A stretch of 64,000 nucleotides of DNA, from positions 3,534,001 through 3,598,000 of the forward strand of contig CDPCPM010000049.1 in assembly GCA_976551045.1 (NCBI GenBank). Direction: 5' to 3'. The notes below the pieces were generated by a model that saw nothing but the letters and a program-made list of their open reading frames with translations, made no database searches and was not told the DNA's origin. Position 1 is the stretch's first letter; each line of letters starts with the position of its first letter. Position numbers and translations under genes: made by a program. Shown here one piece after another: positions 37,811 to 50,359 of the stretch. The DNA comes from Glaucostegus cemiculus. Its lineage: Eukaryota.

Positions 37811-39263
37811 ATAAGACGACTGCATTGGTGCCTCCTCTTGTCCCTGTGCGGAACTCGACAGTTCCATAAATTTTGCCTCAGATTTTCACCCTGGTCTCCA
37901 ATTCACTTGGACTATATCTGACACCTCTCTCCTTCTTTCCTCAATCTTTCCATCTCCATCTCCATCTCAGGAGATTCCTTATCCAGTGACATCTTCTACA
38001 AACCCACTGATGCCCACAGCTACCTTGATTACAGCTCCTCCCACCCTGTCTCTTACAAGGATGCGATCCCTTTTTCTCAATTTCTTTGCCTCTGCTGCAT
38101 CTGCCCCCATGACGAGGCTTTCCAGTCCAGGACATCTGAGATGTCCAACTTTTTTAACCAGGGCTTCCCCCTGACTGTGGTTGAGAGAGTTCGTAACCAT
38201 ATCTCTGCCATTTCATGCACCTCTGCTCTCACCACCAGACCTCCCAGACCCAACAGGGACAGGGTGCCCCTTGTCCTCACATTTTTACCATCATTCTCCG
38301 CAACTTTCACCTTCTCCAGTGGGACCCCACTACCAACCATATTTTTCCCCTTCCACCCCTTTCTGTCTTTTGCAGGGACTGCTCTCTCCATGACTCCCTG
38401 GTTCACTCCCCCCCCCCATCCCCCACCCATCCCGGTCCCACCCTAGGAACTTTCCACTGCACCCTGCCAAAGGTGCATCACCTGCCCCTACACCACCTCC
38501 ATCCAGGGATGCAAACAGTTCTTCCAGGTGAGACAGAGATTCACCTGCACCTCCCTTAATATCATCTACTGCATTCAGTGCTCCAAGTTTGGCTTCTTCT
38601 CCATTGGCAAGACCAAACACAGATTAGGTGACCGTTTCACAGAACACTGCAGTCTGTCTGTAACTGCAGTCTGCATCTCCCCGTTGCCAGTCACTGCAAC
38701 TCCCGCTCCCACACTATCACAGATATATCAGTCCTCGGCCTCCTCCACTGCCAGGAGAATTTCAAAGGAGCCAGGAGAAACTGGACGAATAGCACCTCAT
38801 TTTCCATCTCGGAACCTTGCAGCCTGACAGCATGAACACTGAATTCTCCCACATTAGGTAATCCCCACAACCTCCCGCTGCCAAGCATACTTATCTTCCC
38901 TTTCCTAGCCTTTCTTTTTTTTCTCTACACCTCCTCTTTTTTTATTTCTCCTTACCTTTGAGCCATCCCCCTGTGGATCTGCTCTCCACTCCTCCCCTGC
39001 ACCTGCCTATCACCATCTCCTACCTGCATCCACCTACCTTGTGACCACACCACCTTCCCTCTTTGTCCTCCTATCGCTGCTCTGCTTTTTCCTCCTATGT
39101 TTTGGGCTTCCCCTTTTCCTGTTTTCAGTCCTGAAGAAGGGTCCTGATCCGAAGCGTTGATCGCCTGCTTTTCTCCACGGATGCTGCCTGACCTGTTCAA
39201 TTCCTCCAGCATCATCGTGTTTTTCAACTAGATTTCAGCATCTGCAGTCCTTTCAGTTTCTCC
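37811..39263 (+). mobile_element. Penelope-like retroelement (5'-truncated RT + GIY-YIG endonuclease + pLTR)
   Basis: Frameshifted motifs DDCIGA, FTWTISD, DIFYKPTDAHSYLDYSSSHP..KDAIPFSQF, GIY-YIG region RFTCTSLNIIYCIQCSKFGFFSIGKTKHRLGDRFTEH, and HLIFHLGTLQPDSMNTEFS. Terminal repeat carries a hammerhead-like motif. Confidence 0.93.
39126..39163 (+). ncRNA. Degenerate minimal type I hammerhead ribozyme motif in the Penelope pLTR
   Basis: cagtc-CTGAAGA-agggtcctgatcc-GAAG-cgttgatcg. The CUGANGA core and stem II are intact, but GAAA is mutated to GAAG. Penelope pLTRs are known to carry minimal hammerheads. Confidence 0.6.
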
Positions 39264-39864
39264 AGATCAACCATGATCAAATTTATTGGCAGAACAGCCT
39301 CGAGTGCTTAAGTGCCCCATTCCTGTTTCTTCGCTCTTCTCACATAGCTTGGGACAAGTACAGGAGCCTGGGGTGAGAGAGTGTAACTATTAGGAAAGAT
39401 GAAACAGCTTGCTGCACTTAGCTTTGCAAAAACGTTGTGGGCCATTCAGGTGAGGAATTTGAAATTGTGAAATGGTTTCAAAGCACAGATGTAGAGAAGG
39501 CAACCTACAATATTTATGTTGAGATCCCTAAGCTAAGATCTCCAGCCCCGGGGTACATTGCTCAGGACCTGAAATGATGCATGCATCTTGCTAAAGGAGC
39601 GAGAATTGCACTACCTGCACATTGTGTGTGAATCTAAATCCATCTGATGCAGCACTGCATGGAATTGACGTGACTTCCCTTTGTAAAACCATCTGTGTGT
39701 GTTCATATGCAATTTCTGGACTGATGTTTATAATTGCCAGAGTGCAAAGATAGCTGTCATAATATGAGATAGTCATAAATATTTCCATTTTTGAAATGTC
39801 AGGACAAAATTCTTTACCCTTATTGCGGAACTCAGCACCACAAGGTGTTGAGGTGAAAAACACA

Positions 39865-40035
39865 GATTTATTTAAAGGGAAATTTGATGAGGTCATGAGG
39901 GAGAACGTGTCACAGTAATATGCTGGTAGGTGGAGATAAATGTGGTGGGAGGAGGTTCCTGTGGTGTATAAACACCGGCATGAGCAGATGGCTTAAAAGG
40001 CCGGTTTCCTTGCTTTAAATTATGTAATTCTATGC
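39865..40035 (+). mobile_element. CR1 3' tail
   Basis: tttaaagggaaatttgat...ataaacaccggcatgagcagatggcttaaaaggccggtttccttgctttaaattatgtaattctatg. Confidence 0.7.
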
Positions 40036-42534
40036 AAGTTCTTCTCTTATTTATCCGTGGATTAGATTTATCTTTCAAAACCAGGAGATTGTTTTAAACA
40101 GTTTTTATTATTCCATGGTATGCCATCTGGCAATAGTCTGTTCTCCTGCTTGTTTTCATCACTCACAGAAGGCCTGCTGACATTAATTAGAAAGAAATAG
40201 CAACATTTGTTCTCCCCAATGTGACTGATCTTCAGGCAATTTCACTAAGTGTTTAGGTCCAAAAGCTTGTAATTGAAGATCATGTTATTTCAACCCTTCA
40301 AAGATTCCATTATCAGAAAATTCTGCATACTGCGAAGTTACATAATGCCTTTGTTGTTCGTAACAGTTTTAAGTTACTATCCTAAATTTTCAGCTTCTTG
40401 CACCCATGAAATAGCTGTGAGCCTTTCTCTGCTGTAATTAATCAAGACATTATGAATGTGAAAATCTGCAATTATTGTAATGGAATGATAAGTGTAATTT
40501 AGCTGAGAAAATTGTTGATTTTTTTTGAAGTTTGAATCAAAATGCAATACTTATTTTAGAAATCTGATATACACTTTCTGATACCACATTCATATGCTGT
40601 CAAGGGAATGGGTAAATCATTAAAAAAAACTCAGCGCCAAGCCCCTTTTGCTGGAAGTCTTCTTGCATGTTCCCAGAAGATAACATTATACAGATGATCA
40701 ACTATGCTTGCAGCATGAAACAGAACATGGCAAATGTTGACTAGACTCCAACATCTCGGCTTTCCTCATCAGACTCAGCCTGTGTAATCCATATCTGCTG
40801 TGCTTTGGTCTCTGAGTTTTGTATCACATTCTGAGCTGAAACATTGATCAAGAACCATGCCGGCGGCATATGGTAGGATCAAACATGTCTCAATTTACAT
40901 CCTCCTTTCTTGTCTGTGTAATTCCTAATTATGCTCTGTATTCCTTATTTTATGAATAAAGTAAGACATAATGAGTTCAATTTTATTGGCATCCTGGCCA
41001 AGTCCAGCTTTGAAGCTGTATCCAAGAATGTGTTTTAAAAATTCTCCCAGTGTCAGTACCTGGGAGCCTGAGATATGGTGGCATGAAGTGATATGTCCTT
41101 TTGAATTTCATCATTTTTAACCATTTTTTGGTTTCCTCAAAATTGACCTTTTTTACATTTATAATACAAACACATTATGTTGTGGATTTTGAGGTTGTTC
41201 TGCTTGCACCTTTGGTATTGGGTGGGTTTTGAAGGTAAATTAAGAGAAATGAAAATCAAAATGCGATACAAGGAATGATCAATTCTGAGCAGATGTTTGC
41301 CTGATATGTACTTAACTGTAAAGCTTTGGATATGTTGCATAATTCGAAAGTGACTTAAAAGAAACAGTTTTAGGCATGAAGGTGAACATGGCACAGACCA
41401 CCCGAGGCTCCAGCTGAAAATGCAGTAGGCCAAGTTAATCTATCCACTGGAACTGTTCCCAGAGCCTTGGTGATGCACGTAGGGAAGTGTGTTCCTGTCC
41501 TGGGGGCGTGTGAGGTTGGAAGGAATGGGATGGGGTGGGGATGGGAGCAGTGATAGTTTCATGAATTTCCAGGAGCCGAGCATAGCTTCAAGTTTAAGAA
41601 GAGTTCTCACTTTTCCCCAGTAGGGTTTGAGCCATTTGCCTTGGGGAGCTTGCATTTCAAGCTGCTGTGGGGCACACCGTTAAAGAGATGTCATTGCTTT
41701 AGTGGACCTCCACCATGCAAGCAATCCCATCTCTCTTTATGATGCCTGCATTGAGAGAACTGGTGCCAGGAGTGCCTCTCCCTCACTTCCGTCTCACGTG
41801 TAAAGACAATCCAGCAAGCCATTCAGCGGGGTACAGAGGCAATGAACACTGACCAGTGTGGCCCATATCCTGAGAGTTCACTTTAAAAATTACCAAGAGA
41901 TCTGAGAGGGCTAATGATTATACAGAAAAAGGAAGACTGGCTTAAGGTGATCCCCAACCAGCGCGAAGGACACCATCTCTTTAACCGTAAGTAAACTGAC
42001 TGAAGCTGAAAGCTTACAATTGTGAACCAATTGGTAAGTATTTTAAACCTACCTTTTGGTGTCATTCATTTCATTGTTGTCAACGTCATCAGACATGAAG
42101 CTCAAAAGAATGTTAAGCCCATTGTGTCTGAGCCAGCATTTTAAAAGTACTGCACAATTAATTCTTCATTAGTGTGGTCAAAGCAACCAGATGTTATTTG
42201 GAGGTGACACAGAATGGGCAGTTAGATTGTTCTCAAAATACTTGTTCTGAGCTGATTTTATTGTTGCTTTGAAGGTTGTTATTTGTTGAATAGCTTTTGT
42301 CTCATTGTCTTTCATTTTGACATTTCAAGTCGGGACTATGATTTTCTCCATGGAACTTCCTTTGTTTTATTTCTGAGAAAGAAAAATAACGAGGAGGAAT
42401 GAGGAATGCATGCAGGCCAAGCCATACCAGGAGTGAACTGTGCCTGGCTGTGTCAATGTCAAATTCAACATAAACAGGGGGAGACTGTCTTGTTCAGATT
42501 TGTCTGAGGAATTCATGGTTGAAAAATATCCAGC

Positions 42535-42966
42535 TATTAAAGAGACTAAAGGAGCTAGGGCTGTTCTCATTGGAGAGAAGGAGGATGAGGGGAGACATGA
42601 TAGTGGTGTACAAGATATTGAGAGGAATAGATAGAGTGGACAGCCAGCTCCTCTTTCCCAGGGCGCCAATGCTCAATACAAGAGGACATGGCTTTAAGGT
42701 ATTGGGTGGAAAGTTCAAGGGTGATGTCAGAAGGAGGTTTCTCGCTCAACGAGTGGTTGGTGCATGGAATGCGCTGCCTGGGGTGGTGGTGGAAGCAGAT
42801 ATGTTAGACAGGTTCAAGAGATTGTTAGATAACCATATGGAGGAATTTAAGATAGAGGGATATGTGGGAGGACGGGGTTAGATAGTCTTAGGTGTGGTTT
42901 GAAGGTCGGCGCAACATGGTAGGCTGAAGGGCCTATACTTGCTGTATTGTTCTATAGTTCTATAGT
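42535..42966 (+). mobile_element. Young CR1 LINE 3' end
   Basis: Uninterrupted frame RLKELGLFSLERRRMRGDMIVVYKILRGIDRVD...TRGHGFK...QRVVGAWNALP. Tail tgttctatagttctatag. Confidence 0.95.
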
Positions 42967-42994
42967 ATATGATAGAGCTAACCTGGAAAAATAA

Positions 42995-43290
42995 CTTGCA
43001 CTTTGTTTCAGCAATTTCATGAACCCTGAGCATTTAAACTATTTTAAAGTCAATGAAATACTTTGAGGTACTGTTGTTATAGAAAAATATAAGTGCCAAT
43101 GAGTACACAGCAAGGTCCCACATTCAACTAATCACTAGATAAGGTGCTTCAGTGGAGTTTGGTTTCGGGATAAATGTTGGCCAGGCAACAAGGCAAAGGT
43201 AACACTTCTGATCTCCTTTAAGATATGTCATCGTATCTACCTGAGAGGAGACATAACTTTGATTTAATGTTCTACGTAGAGATGAATGAG
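42995..43290 (-). mobile_element. Deu-domain SINE
   Basis: caatgaaatactttgagg...acacagcaaggtcccaca...gggataaatgttggccagg...ctacctgagagg. Confidence 0.7.
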
Positions 43291-43814
43291 AGCAGTATCA
43301 TATCATTGGCAAGTTTAAGTAATTGACCAATCTGACAGCACAAACAACCTCATTAACTCATGTTCTTCCACGGCAGCAGAGACATGATCTTTTATAAACC
43401 ATTGACACACAGAACAATTGATCACTAGGCTTCTCCATCCAAGTAACTTGCAGCAGTATTGTGAGATGCTATCCAACATCATTGTACAGAAGTGCTTAAT
43501 AACATATGGTGGGACTTCTTGAAGGTGATCAGATGAATCCCACTTTTTTTTAAGCTACAGGTGTTCATCTTTGCTTTGGATTCAGCCCACCTGTTTCCTC
43601 AAGTACACTTACTGAATGTTAAGATTTCTGCAGGTATGGCTGCTTGCTGGTGTTGCAAGGTGCTAATTTGTCTCGTTCCATTGGCAGTGCCAATACCAGC
43701 TGGCTGCTGTTCCATGCCCACAAGGTAAGAGTTGTGTTTGCAGTTGTTTGAATTCTAATGGAACAAATTATGCTGCATGAGTGTTTAATTGTTGGTAATA
43801 TGAGGAAATTTAAT

Positions 43815-43977
43815 TCAAAACTGAAGATGCTAAAAGTATTCAGCTGGTCAGGCAGTTTCTGTGGAAAGAGAAACAGAGTTAATATTTTCAGGTCTGAGCC
43901 ATTGACTCTGTTTCTCTCTCCACAGATGCTGTCTGACCCGCTGAATGCTTCCAGCATTTTCTGTTTCAGACTTCCAG
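43815..43977. mobile_element. Palindromic (foldback) Penelope pLTR derivative
   Basis: attcagctggtcaggcagtttctgtggaaagagaaacagagttaat, a ~17-nt loop, then attgactctgtttctctctccacagatgctgtctgacccgctgaat. Confidence 0.88.
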
Positions 43978-44227
43978 AATGTTCCACTCTCTTGATTATC
44001 ATTGCACTTGTGCCACTTGCCAAGAGTCTTCACTCTCTGAATAACATCAAAGGAGAGAATTTAAGGACCCACTTTTGTTTGCAAATGCTGGTGGTAGGTG
44101 AGAGATTATAATTTTCTTTCATTTGCCTTTCATTTTGCCATCTTTCTTTCCTGTTGCCTGAAGCACTGTATTTGTTGTGAATTCTTTGGAAGTATTTTCG
44201 CACTCCTCAGGGATCAGTTCTAAATGA

Positions 44228-44575
44228 AGTGGCACAGTGGTGCAGCTAACAGAGCTGCTGCTTCACAGCTCCAGCGATCTGATTTCAATCCTGATCTCCA
44301 ATGCTGTCTGTGTGGAGATTGCATGTTTTCATTGTGATTGTGTGGGTTTCCTCCAGGTACTCTGGTTGCTTCCTACAGCCCAAAGACGTGCAGATTAGTA
44401 GGTTAAATGGCCACTTTAAGTTGCTCCTAGTGTAGGTGAGTGGTAGAATCTGGGAGGGGATGGGGGTAGTTGATAGGAATGTGGGGAGAATAAGACAGAA
44501 CTAATGTAGGATTAGTGTAAATGGGTGTGCTTGATGGTCGGTGTGGACATAGCAAGCCGATGTGCCTGTTTTACT
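44228..44575 (+). mobile_element. HE1/V-SINE-like SINE
   Basis: ggcacagtggtgcagct...ttcaatcctga...gtgtgggtttcctccagg...cccaaagacgtgc. Confidence 0.85.
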
Positions 44576-44881
44576 CTGAGTCCAGGATACCTGATTGCTT
44601 CTTGACAGGGACTTTCACCCTTCATATCTGAAGTGAGAGTTATATTGCCTCCAGAGTGCTCTACTCCTTTTTGGATTCAATCTTCAATTAATTTTTGCTG
44701 GCAGGAATGTGCCTCTTGTGGATTTGGGAAAATGATTGTGTTAGAGAAGCCCTCTGTTCGACTTGGCATCAGATGGTCACTGCATTTAGCACTTTCAGAA
44801 GATGACCACAAATGGGATGAATGTGGCTTCCTGTGCCAGGCAGCTCACACTCAGGGTGAGGTCAGAAGTAAGGGCTTCTTG

Positions 44882-44931
44882 AAGCCGTCATAATTTCAGC
44901 TGTCATAATTTAAGCCGTCATAATTTCAGCT
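44882..44931. repeat. 15-bp tandem repeat, ~3.3 copies
   Basis: aagcc gtcataatttcagct gtcataatttaagcc gtcataatttcagct. Confidence 0.85.
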
Positions 44932-45479
44932 CTTTTCCTCCATTGTGATTGCCAGCCATTTCTGGTAAAAGGTTGCGCCAATAGCTATAGGTTTTGGTAA
45001 TTTATTCCAGTGGCCATCATCACTTCATCATTCATTCTCAGACTGTGGCTCAATTTCATATTTGTGGCCAAACCCTAATGCTTCTGCAAGTGGCCACACA
45101 AGTCTTCTCAGTAGTGCAATGTGTTGAGGGTCATTTCTGGTGTGCTGCCTGTCGAATTATGGTGTCTTACAGCACAGAGATGGGTCCATTGGCCCACCAT
45201 GTCGCAGTGACCATTAAACACCATCCACACTAATCCCATGTTTCCTCTTCCATCCTCATCAACTTTCTATACTCTCCACCACCTGGCGATACCCCTGTAC
45301 CTGCTTCAATACAATGGATGCAGGCTTGAATGGATATGGCAAACAACCAACTTAGCCCTTCAACAATAGATCTACCTTGAATTTCATAAATCACTCAGGG
45401 TCCTGTTCTCATTTGGCAAAATTGCTTTAATTCAGGACCATTCCTGGAAGGCAAAGAGAAGCCCAAGCATCTTTTCTCT

Positions 45480-46230
45480 TTGTTACCCCCTTGAACTCTA
45501 CCCACAACCTGAGCAACTAGTCCAAGGTGTAATGCATCTGGTCAGCTGATTCTGCCATTTCACTCCCCCAGTCCAAATTACTCTCCTGATTTGGTCTCAA
45601 ACCTTCATCTTTCTCGTTACTCTTCTATCTCCCCATATGTCCTATCTGAGCTTATCTCAATGAGGTCCACCTCCTGCTCTTTCGACCTTACTCCCACTAA
45701 ATTGCTGATCAATGAACTCTGTACTAACCCAATGTAACTGCACTGTGTAATGAATTGACTGTACGATTGGTATGCAAGACAAATTTTTCACTGTACCTCG
45801 GTACAAGTTACAATAATAAACCAATACCAACACCTCTTCTGGCCTGATGGTTGCTGGTATTATCAATGGTTCTCTTTTCTCAGGTGCTGTTCCTTCTTCA
45901 AATCTGCTGTTATCTCAACTGTTGCTTCATTTCGTTCCAAATCTTTTAAATGTGTCTCTAAATCTTTTTACTTTAGTACTTCTAATCAATCTTCTATCCC
46001 TGCTTCGTTACTAAAATGGTTCTTATCAAAGTCACAAATTACATGCTGTGTGATTGTGCAAAGGTAATCTATGCCTGTTCATCCTCAATCAATCCATATC
46101 TCTGATCCAGTTGACCACAATATTCTCTTCCAATGGCTACACTGTCGTCCATCTGGGTTGGATCTTGCTCAACTGGTTCCATTCTTATCTGTCCAGTCTT
46201 TGATGAAGAATCAGAGAATCAATTCTTTTA
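45480..46230 (+). mobile_element. L2-clade LINE RT fragment interrupted by a Rex1 3' tail (~45717-45830)
   Basis: STSCSFDLTPTKLL, LIKVTNYMLCDC and VDHNILFQWL remnants. The insert ends ggtacaagttacaataataaaccaataccaa. Confidence 0.7.
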
Positions 46231-46269
46231 TGCAGCTTGCTTTTTGGTTTCATGGAAGTAATTAAATTT

Positions 46270-46990
46270 AGGAATGAAGTAGCAACAAGAGCTGGAGGAG
46301 TTTAGCGACCTTGGAGGGTTATAGAGGTGTCTAAGACATAGATGGTCAAGATCATGGAGGGAAATGAGAGCAAGGATGACAATTTTAAAACTGAGGTGTT
46401 GCTTAACTGGAGAACAAACTATGGGCAGGAAACAAAAGGGAGATGTGTGAACAGCATCTGGTGTGAATTAACACACAAACAATGAAGTTTGGATGACATC
46501 ATCTTGGGAAAGGTGGAGCTTAGGTGGGTGGGGAGGGTGTCGGGTAAAGCAGCAATGGTGTGTTCAAGTCTGGAGGTAACGTGGACATGGATGAGGGCTT
46601 CATCAGAAGACACGCTGAAGGAGGGGTGGCACCGTGTAAAGTTGAGGAGAAGATAAGCAGTTTTAATCATGGATAGATATGTGCCATAAAGCTCATTTTG
46701 ATGTTGGGACTGATGTCAGTTCAACCGAGTTACAGACTGAAACAAGAAGCAGTGGGTGTAAATGGCTAGTTAATGACTTTTGTGCTGGGAAACCAATAAT
46801 AATGGCTTCGTTTTTTGCAATAATTAATTGGTGGAAATGTCTGCATCTAATGTTGGATGGCAGGCCAGCAGAGAGGGGGCCAGGCGTAGCACTGGTAAGG
46901 TAGATGTGGGATGTGTGAAAGTTGCCCCTTTGATATTGCTCTGCAGTTGCAGGATGCAGAGAAAAAGAAGGGGTTGAGGATAAGTCCATG
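46270..46990 (-). mobile_element. L2-clade LINE fragment
   Basis: Minus ORFs: EALIHVHVTSRLEHTIAAL (L.HA.V.SRLDY.N.LL) and HFHQLIIAKNEAIII (N.LQLN..KTE...I). Confidence 0.75.
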
Positions 46991-47037
46991 AGGAAAACCA
47001 GAGGTAATGTCAATATTTTGGATTGAAGGTGCTTTAT

Positions 47038-47380
47038 AAGTTCTGACAAAAGGTTTTTGATCTGAATCATTAGCTCTGCTCCTCTTTCCACAGATGCTGC
47101 CTGACTTAAGTGTTTCTAGTATTTTCTGTTTTAGTTTAATTACTCCCATCATGGTTTTACTTGCACAAGTTCCTGAGCTAAAAATTCCCTCCCAAAATCT
47201 TGCTCTCTCTTTCTACTTTCAGACACTTCATAAAACCGAAGTCTTTGACCTAGCCTTTGGTCGTCTTGTATCTCATTTTTTGGCTCAATGCCAAACTTAT
47301 TTGATGATGGTCCTGTCAAACTGTTGGGACATCTTTATATACAAGAAGTGCCATCTGACTGGAAGTTGTTGCTGCTGTTT
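47038..47380 (+). mobile_element. Penelope pLTR fragment (47038-47135) followed by an L2 3' end
   Basis: agttctgacaaaagg...ttccacagatgctgcctgac, then aaattccctccc...taaaaccgaagtctttgacc...gaagtgccatctgactggaagttgttgctg. Confidence 0.6.
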
Positions 47381-47736
47381 GCATTAAGATTGCTCTGGAG
47401 GGGCCCTTATTACTCAGTAGAGTGGGTGTCATGTTCCATAATGGTCTGGTGAGTGCTGCACAGCCTCATCATCATGAGGTCTCAGTCCTTGCCACCAGCT
47501 GTGTAATGAACAGATGTGGAGGAGGGAAAGTAGAAGGAAGGTGGAGAGAAAGGAGGGGGAGGTTGAAGGATGGCAGAAACTTATCTGACTGTAATACCAA
47601 TAAACAGAACCATAATTCTCCTGTTCAATCAACAAACCCTGATCTTCTCTCTGTAGTTTACTACCACAACATTTACTGGATCTCAATGCAAATTGGAAAC
47701 CAACACAATATAATATTTCTGAATCATTTATGTATG

Positions 47737-47876
47737 NNNNNNNNNNNNNNNNNNNNNNNNNNNNNNNNNNNNNNNNNNNNNNNNNNNNNNNNNNNNNNNN
47801 NNNNNNNNNNNNNNNNNNNNNNNNNNNNNNNNNNNNNNNNNNNNNNNNNNNNNNNNNNNNNNNNNNNNNNNNNNNN
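47737..47876. other. Assembly gap (140 N)
   Basis: Run of n characters. Confidence 1.
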
Positions 47877-48579
47877 TAGCCCTTTTACTCTATGTGTTTC
47901 TGCATTTCACTGCTGTAGTGCCAGCTGCCTGAGCTTCCACTGCAAGACCTAGATGTTGCGTGAAATCTGTTTGTGTTGCAGTGCAAACCAGGATTTGGGT
48001 TGCACTCAGATTTCCATTTGTGAGGCAATATCACTAACTACTGTGTGAATGTGCCACCCAGTGAGTGAGAGCACATTGATACGTGAATTGTACCATCTAC
48101 TATGTTGGTGAAGGCATTCATGGTTGCACAGCTAATGCCCATTTGACCTATGCAGAATAGACAGATCGTGTTGTGAATCAAATATGCATCATGCATTGGC
48201 CATTGGGTCCAGTGTGATGGTTGTGTCCATGTGGTGGTTACCCCATCAATTGTGCTGAAAAGGTCTCTTGCCGAGTCCTATTCAGTGCAAGGTTGGTGTT
48301 GGACTTCTAGCTCCTTGACATTGCACATAGACTTTCTAGCAGATCTCAAGTGCCGCAAATATCTCATCGTGGATGCCTGTAATCCTTCTCACTGAAGGCC
48401 TCTGCAGCAGAACCCATGTGTGGTTCATTGAACTGCTGCCTGATCCTCCTTCTCCCCCTGCCCAGCTGCTGGCCAGTCATGTCTGAGAACACCCAGAGCT
48501 GAAGTTGCCTCTTGGAAAACCTCTAAATTCTGTGCAGTGCCTGTGTCTGAGCTGGTGGGTGGGCACATTGAATTGAGCA

Positions 48580-48890
48580 AGGGCTACAGTAGTTAATGCT
48601 GCTGTCTCACTGCTCCAGGGACCCAGGTTCGATCTTGACCTCTGGTGCTGTCCGTGTAGAGTTTGTCCAAAATGCCTGTGACTGTGTGGGCATTCTTCAG
48701 CTGCTCTGGTTTCCTCCCATGTCACAAAGATGTGCTGGTGGTTTATTTGGCTACTGTTGGTTAATGGCAAAAAGAATTAGAGGAGTTGATGGGTCTGTGA
48801 AAGAGGATAAGGAGAAGGGGCTGAGGACTATTGGAATTGCTCCCTGGGATCTGTCATGGACGTGACGGGCCGAATGACCTCTTTCCTTGT
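48580..48890 (+). mobile_element. HE1/V-SINE-like SINE
   Basis: gctgctgtctcactgctccagggacccaggttcgatcttgacc (B box)...ggtttcctcccatgtcacaaaga...gggccgaatgacctc. Confidence 0.85.
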
Positions 48891-49579
48891 GAAGACAAAC
48901 TTAACATCAACTTCACCTTTACCTTCTATCATTTCTTGGCCTATTTGTGGTTCTTGGCTATCTGGGATGCAGTAGGGTCAAGAGCAGGGCTTTGGTAATG
49001 GAAAGGGGAAGGTGAGAACTGCATGCTTGCACTGTCTGCATCTTGACAATCAGAGACCCTGCAGGATAAAGGAGAGTGGGATGTGAAGAGGAGGCTTGGA
49101 TATATGGAGGCCGACACATTTAATGGTTTCCCTAAGTAATGGCCACTCCAATTATGCCACAGATTTCTCCATCATGAGGGTAATATAACCGCATCTCTCC
49201 TTGTGTGGGTGATGGTCTAGTACAAGCTCTGAGATGAGCATATGTGTCCCACAGCAGTGCTTAGTCTCTAAGGCTTGGCTGGAGCAAATTAATAGTTCAA
49301 TTTAAATTCTGATGGTTGTTGGTAGGTGAGGTGTTGAGCCTGAGATGAGTGACATAGTTGGTGGAACATAACATTTGAACACATCTATTTGCCTGGATAA
49401 CTCCTGCAAGATCAATGAACTAATTGCAAGCACCACTGTATTCATGGTTCTTGGGTTTTCACTCCCTAGCACTGTTTGCCATTGCCTGATTATAGATGTG
49501 GCTATTCTACCAAGACTACTGGTGCAGTATCAACAAGCCACTTTGCTTCCATTCTCTGTGCAGTGTGTTTATATGAACG

Positions 49580-50030
49580 CACCAGTTAGGAGCAGGAGTA
49601 AGCCAACCAGTCTCTTGAGCCTGCTCTGCCTTTCAGTAAGATCAGGGTTGATCAGACTGTAACCCCAACTCCACATTCGCTAATAGTAATCTTTCACCCC
49701 TACAGCTTATTAAAGTTATCTACCTCTGCCTTAAAAACATCGAAAGACTTCTCTTCCATTCTTTAAGGAAGAGAGTTCCAAAGACTGGCAACTCTCTGAG
49801 AGGAAAAAAAAATTGTTTCATCTCTATTCTTAAATGGGCTACCCTTTTATTTTTAAATAGTGACCTCTAGTTCTAGATTCTCCCAAAGAGAAACATGCTC
49901 TCCACATCCACCCTGTAAAAATCCTTCAGGATGCTGTACGTTTCAACTGAGTTACCTCACAGTTCAAAATTTCAGTAGATACAATCCCAGCCTGTCAACA
50001 TTGTGTGATAAGACAACATGCCTGTTTTGT
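49580..50030 (-). mobile_element. CR1 3' fragment
   Basis: ttaggagcaggagtaagcc...gagagttccaaagact...ctctgagagg...tgacctctagttctagattctccc is the reverse CR1 3' end. Confidence 0.82.
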
Positions 50031-50359
50031 ACATCAGTCTAATTTATCACAGTTTCTCAGATCAACTTCCGTTGTAGGAGGCTCAGGCAGGCTTGAAGTT
50101 ATGCAAGCTGACTCTGTGTGGTGTAAGCCAGTCATAATACTGGTCTCCCTGCTGAGACAATCAGTCAGTGAACAGCATGTTTAGTGCTGCCTGCATCTAG
50201 TGTTCAGGTTAATGGACAGAAAGCACCAAGCTGGGGTGCTACCTTGTTGTCGTTAACTGTGCATTGAAATCCTTGAGCCAATTTTCTAGGATCATCTAGT
50301 TTAACTCCCTAAGGTTAACGGAGCCATTTCAAAAGGCGCTGAAGAGTCAACCATATTGG

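Noticed and set aside
47422-47952. 176-aa ORF
   Set aside because: Length is inflated by the 140-N gap, and no recognisable domain is present.
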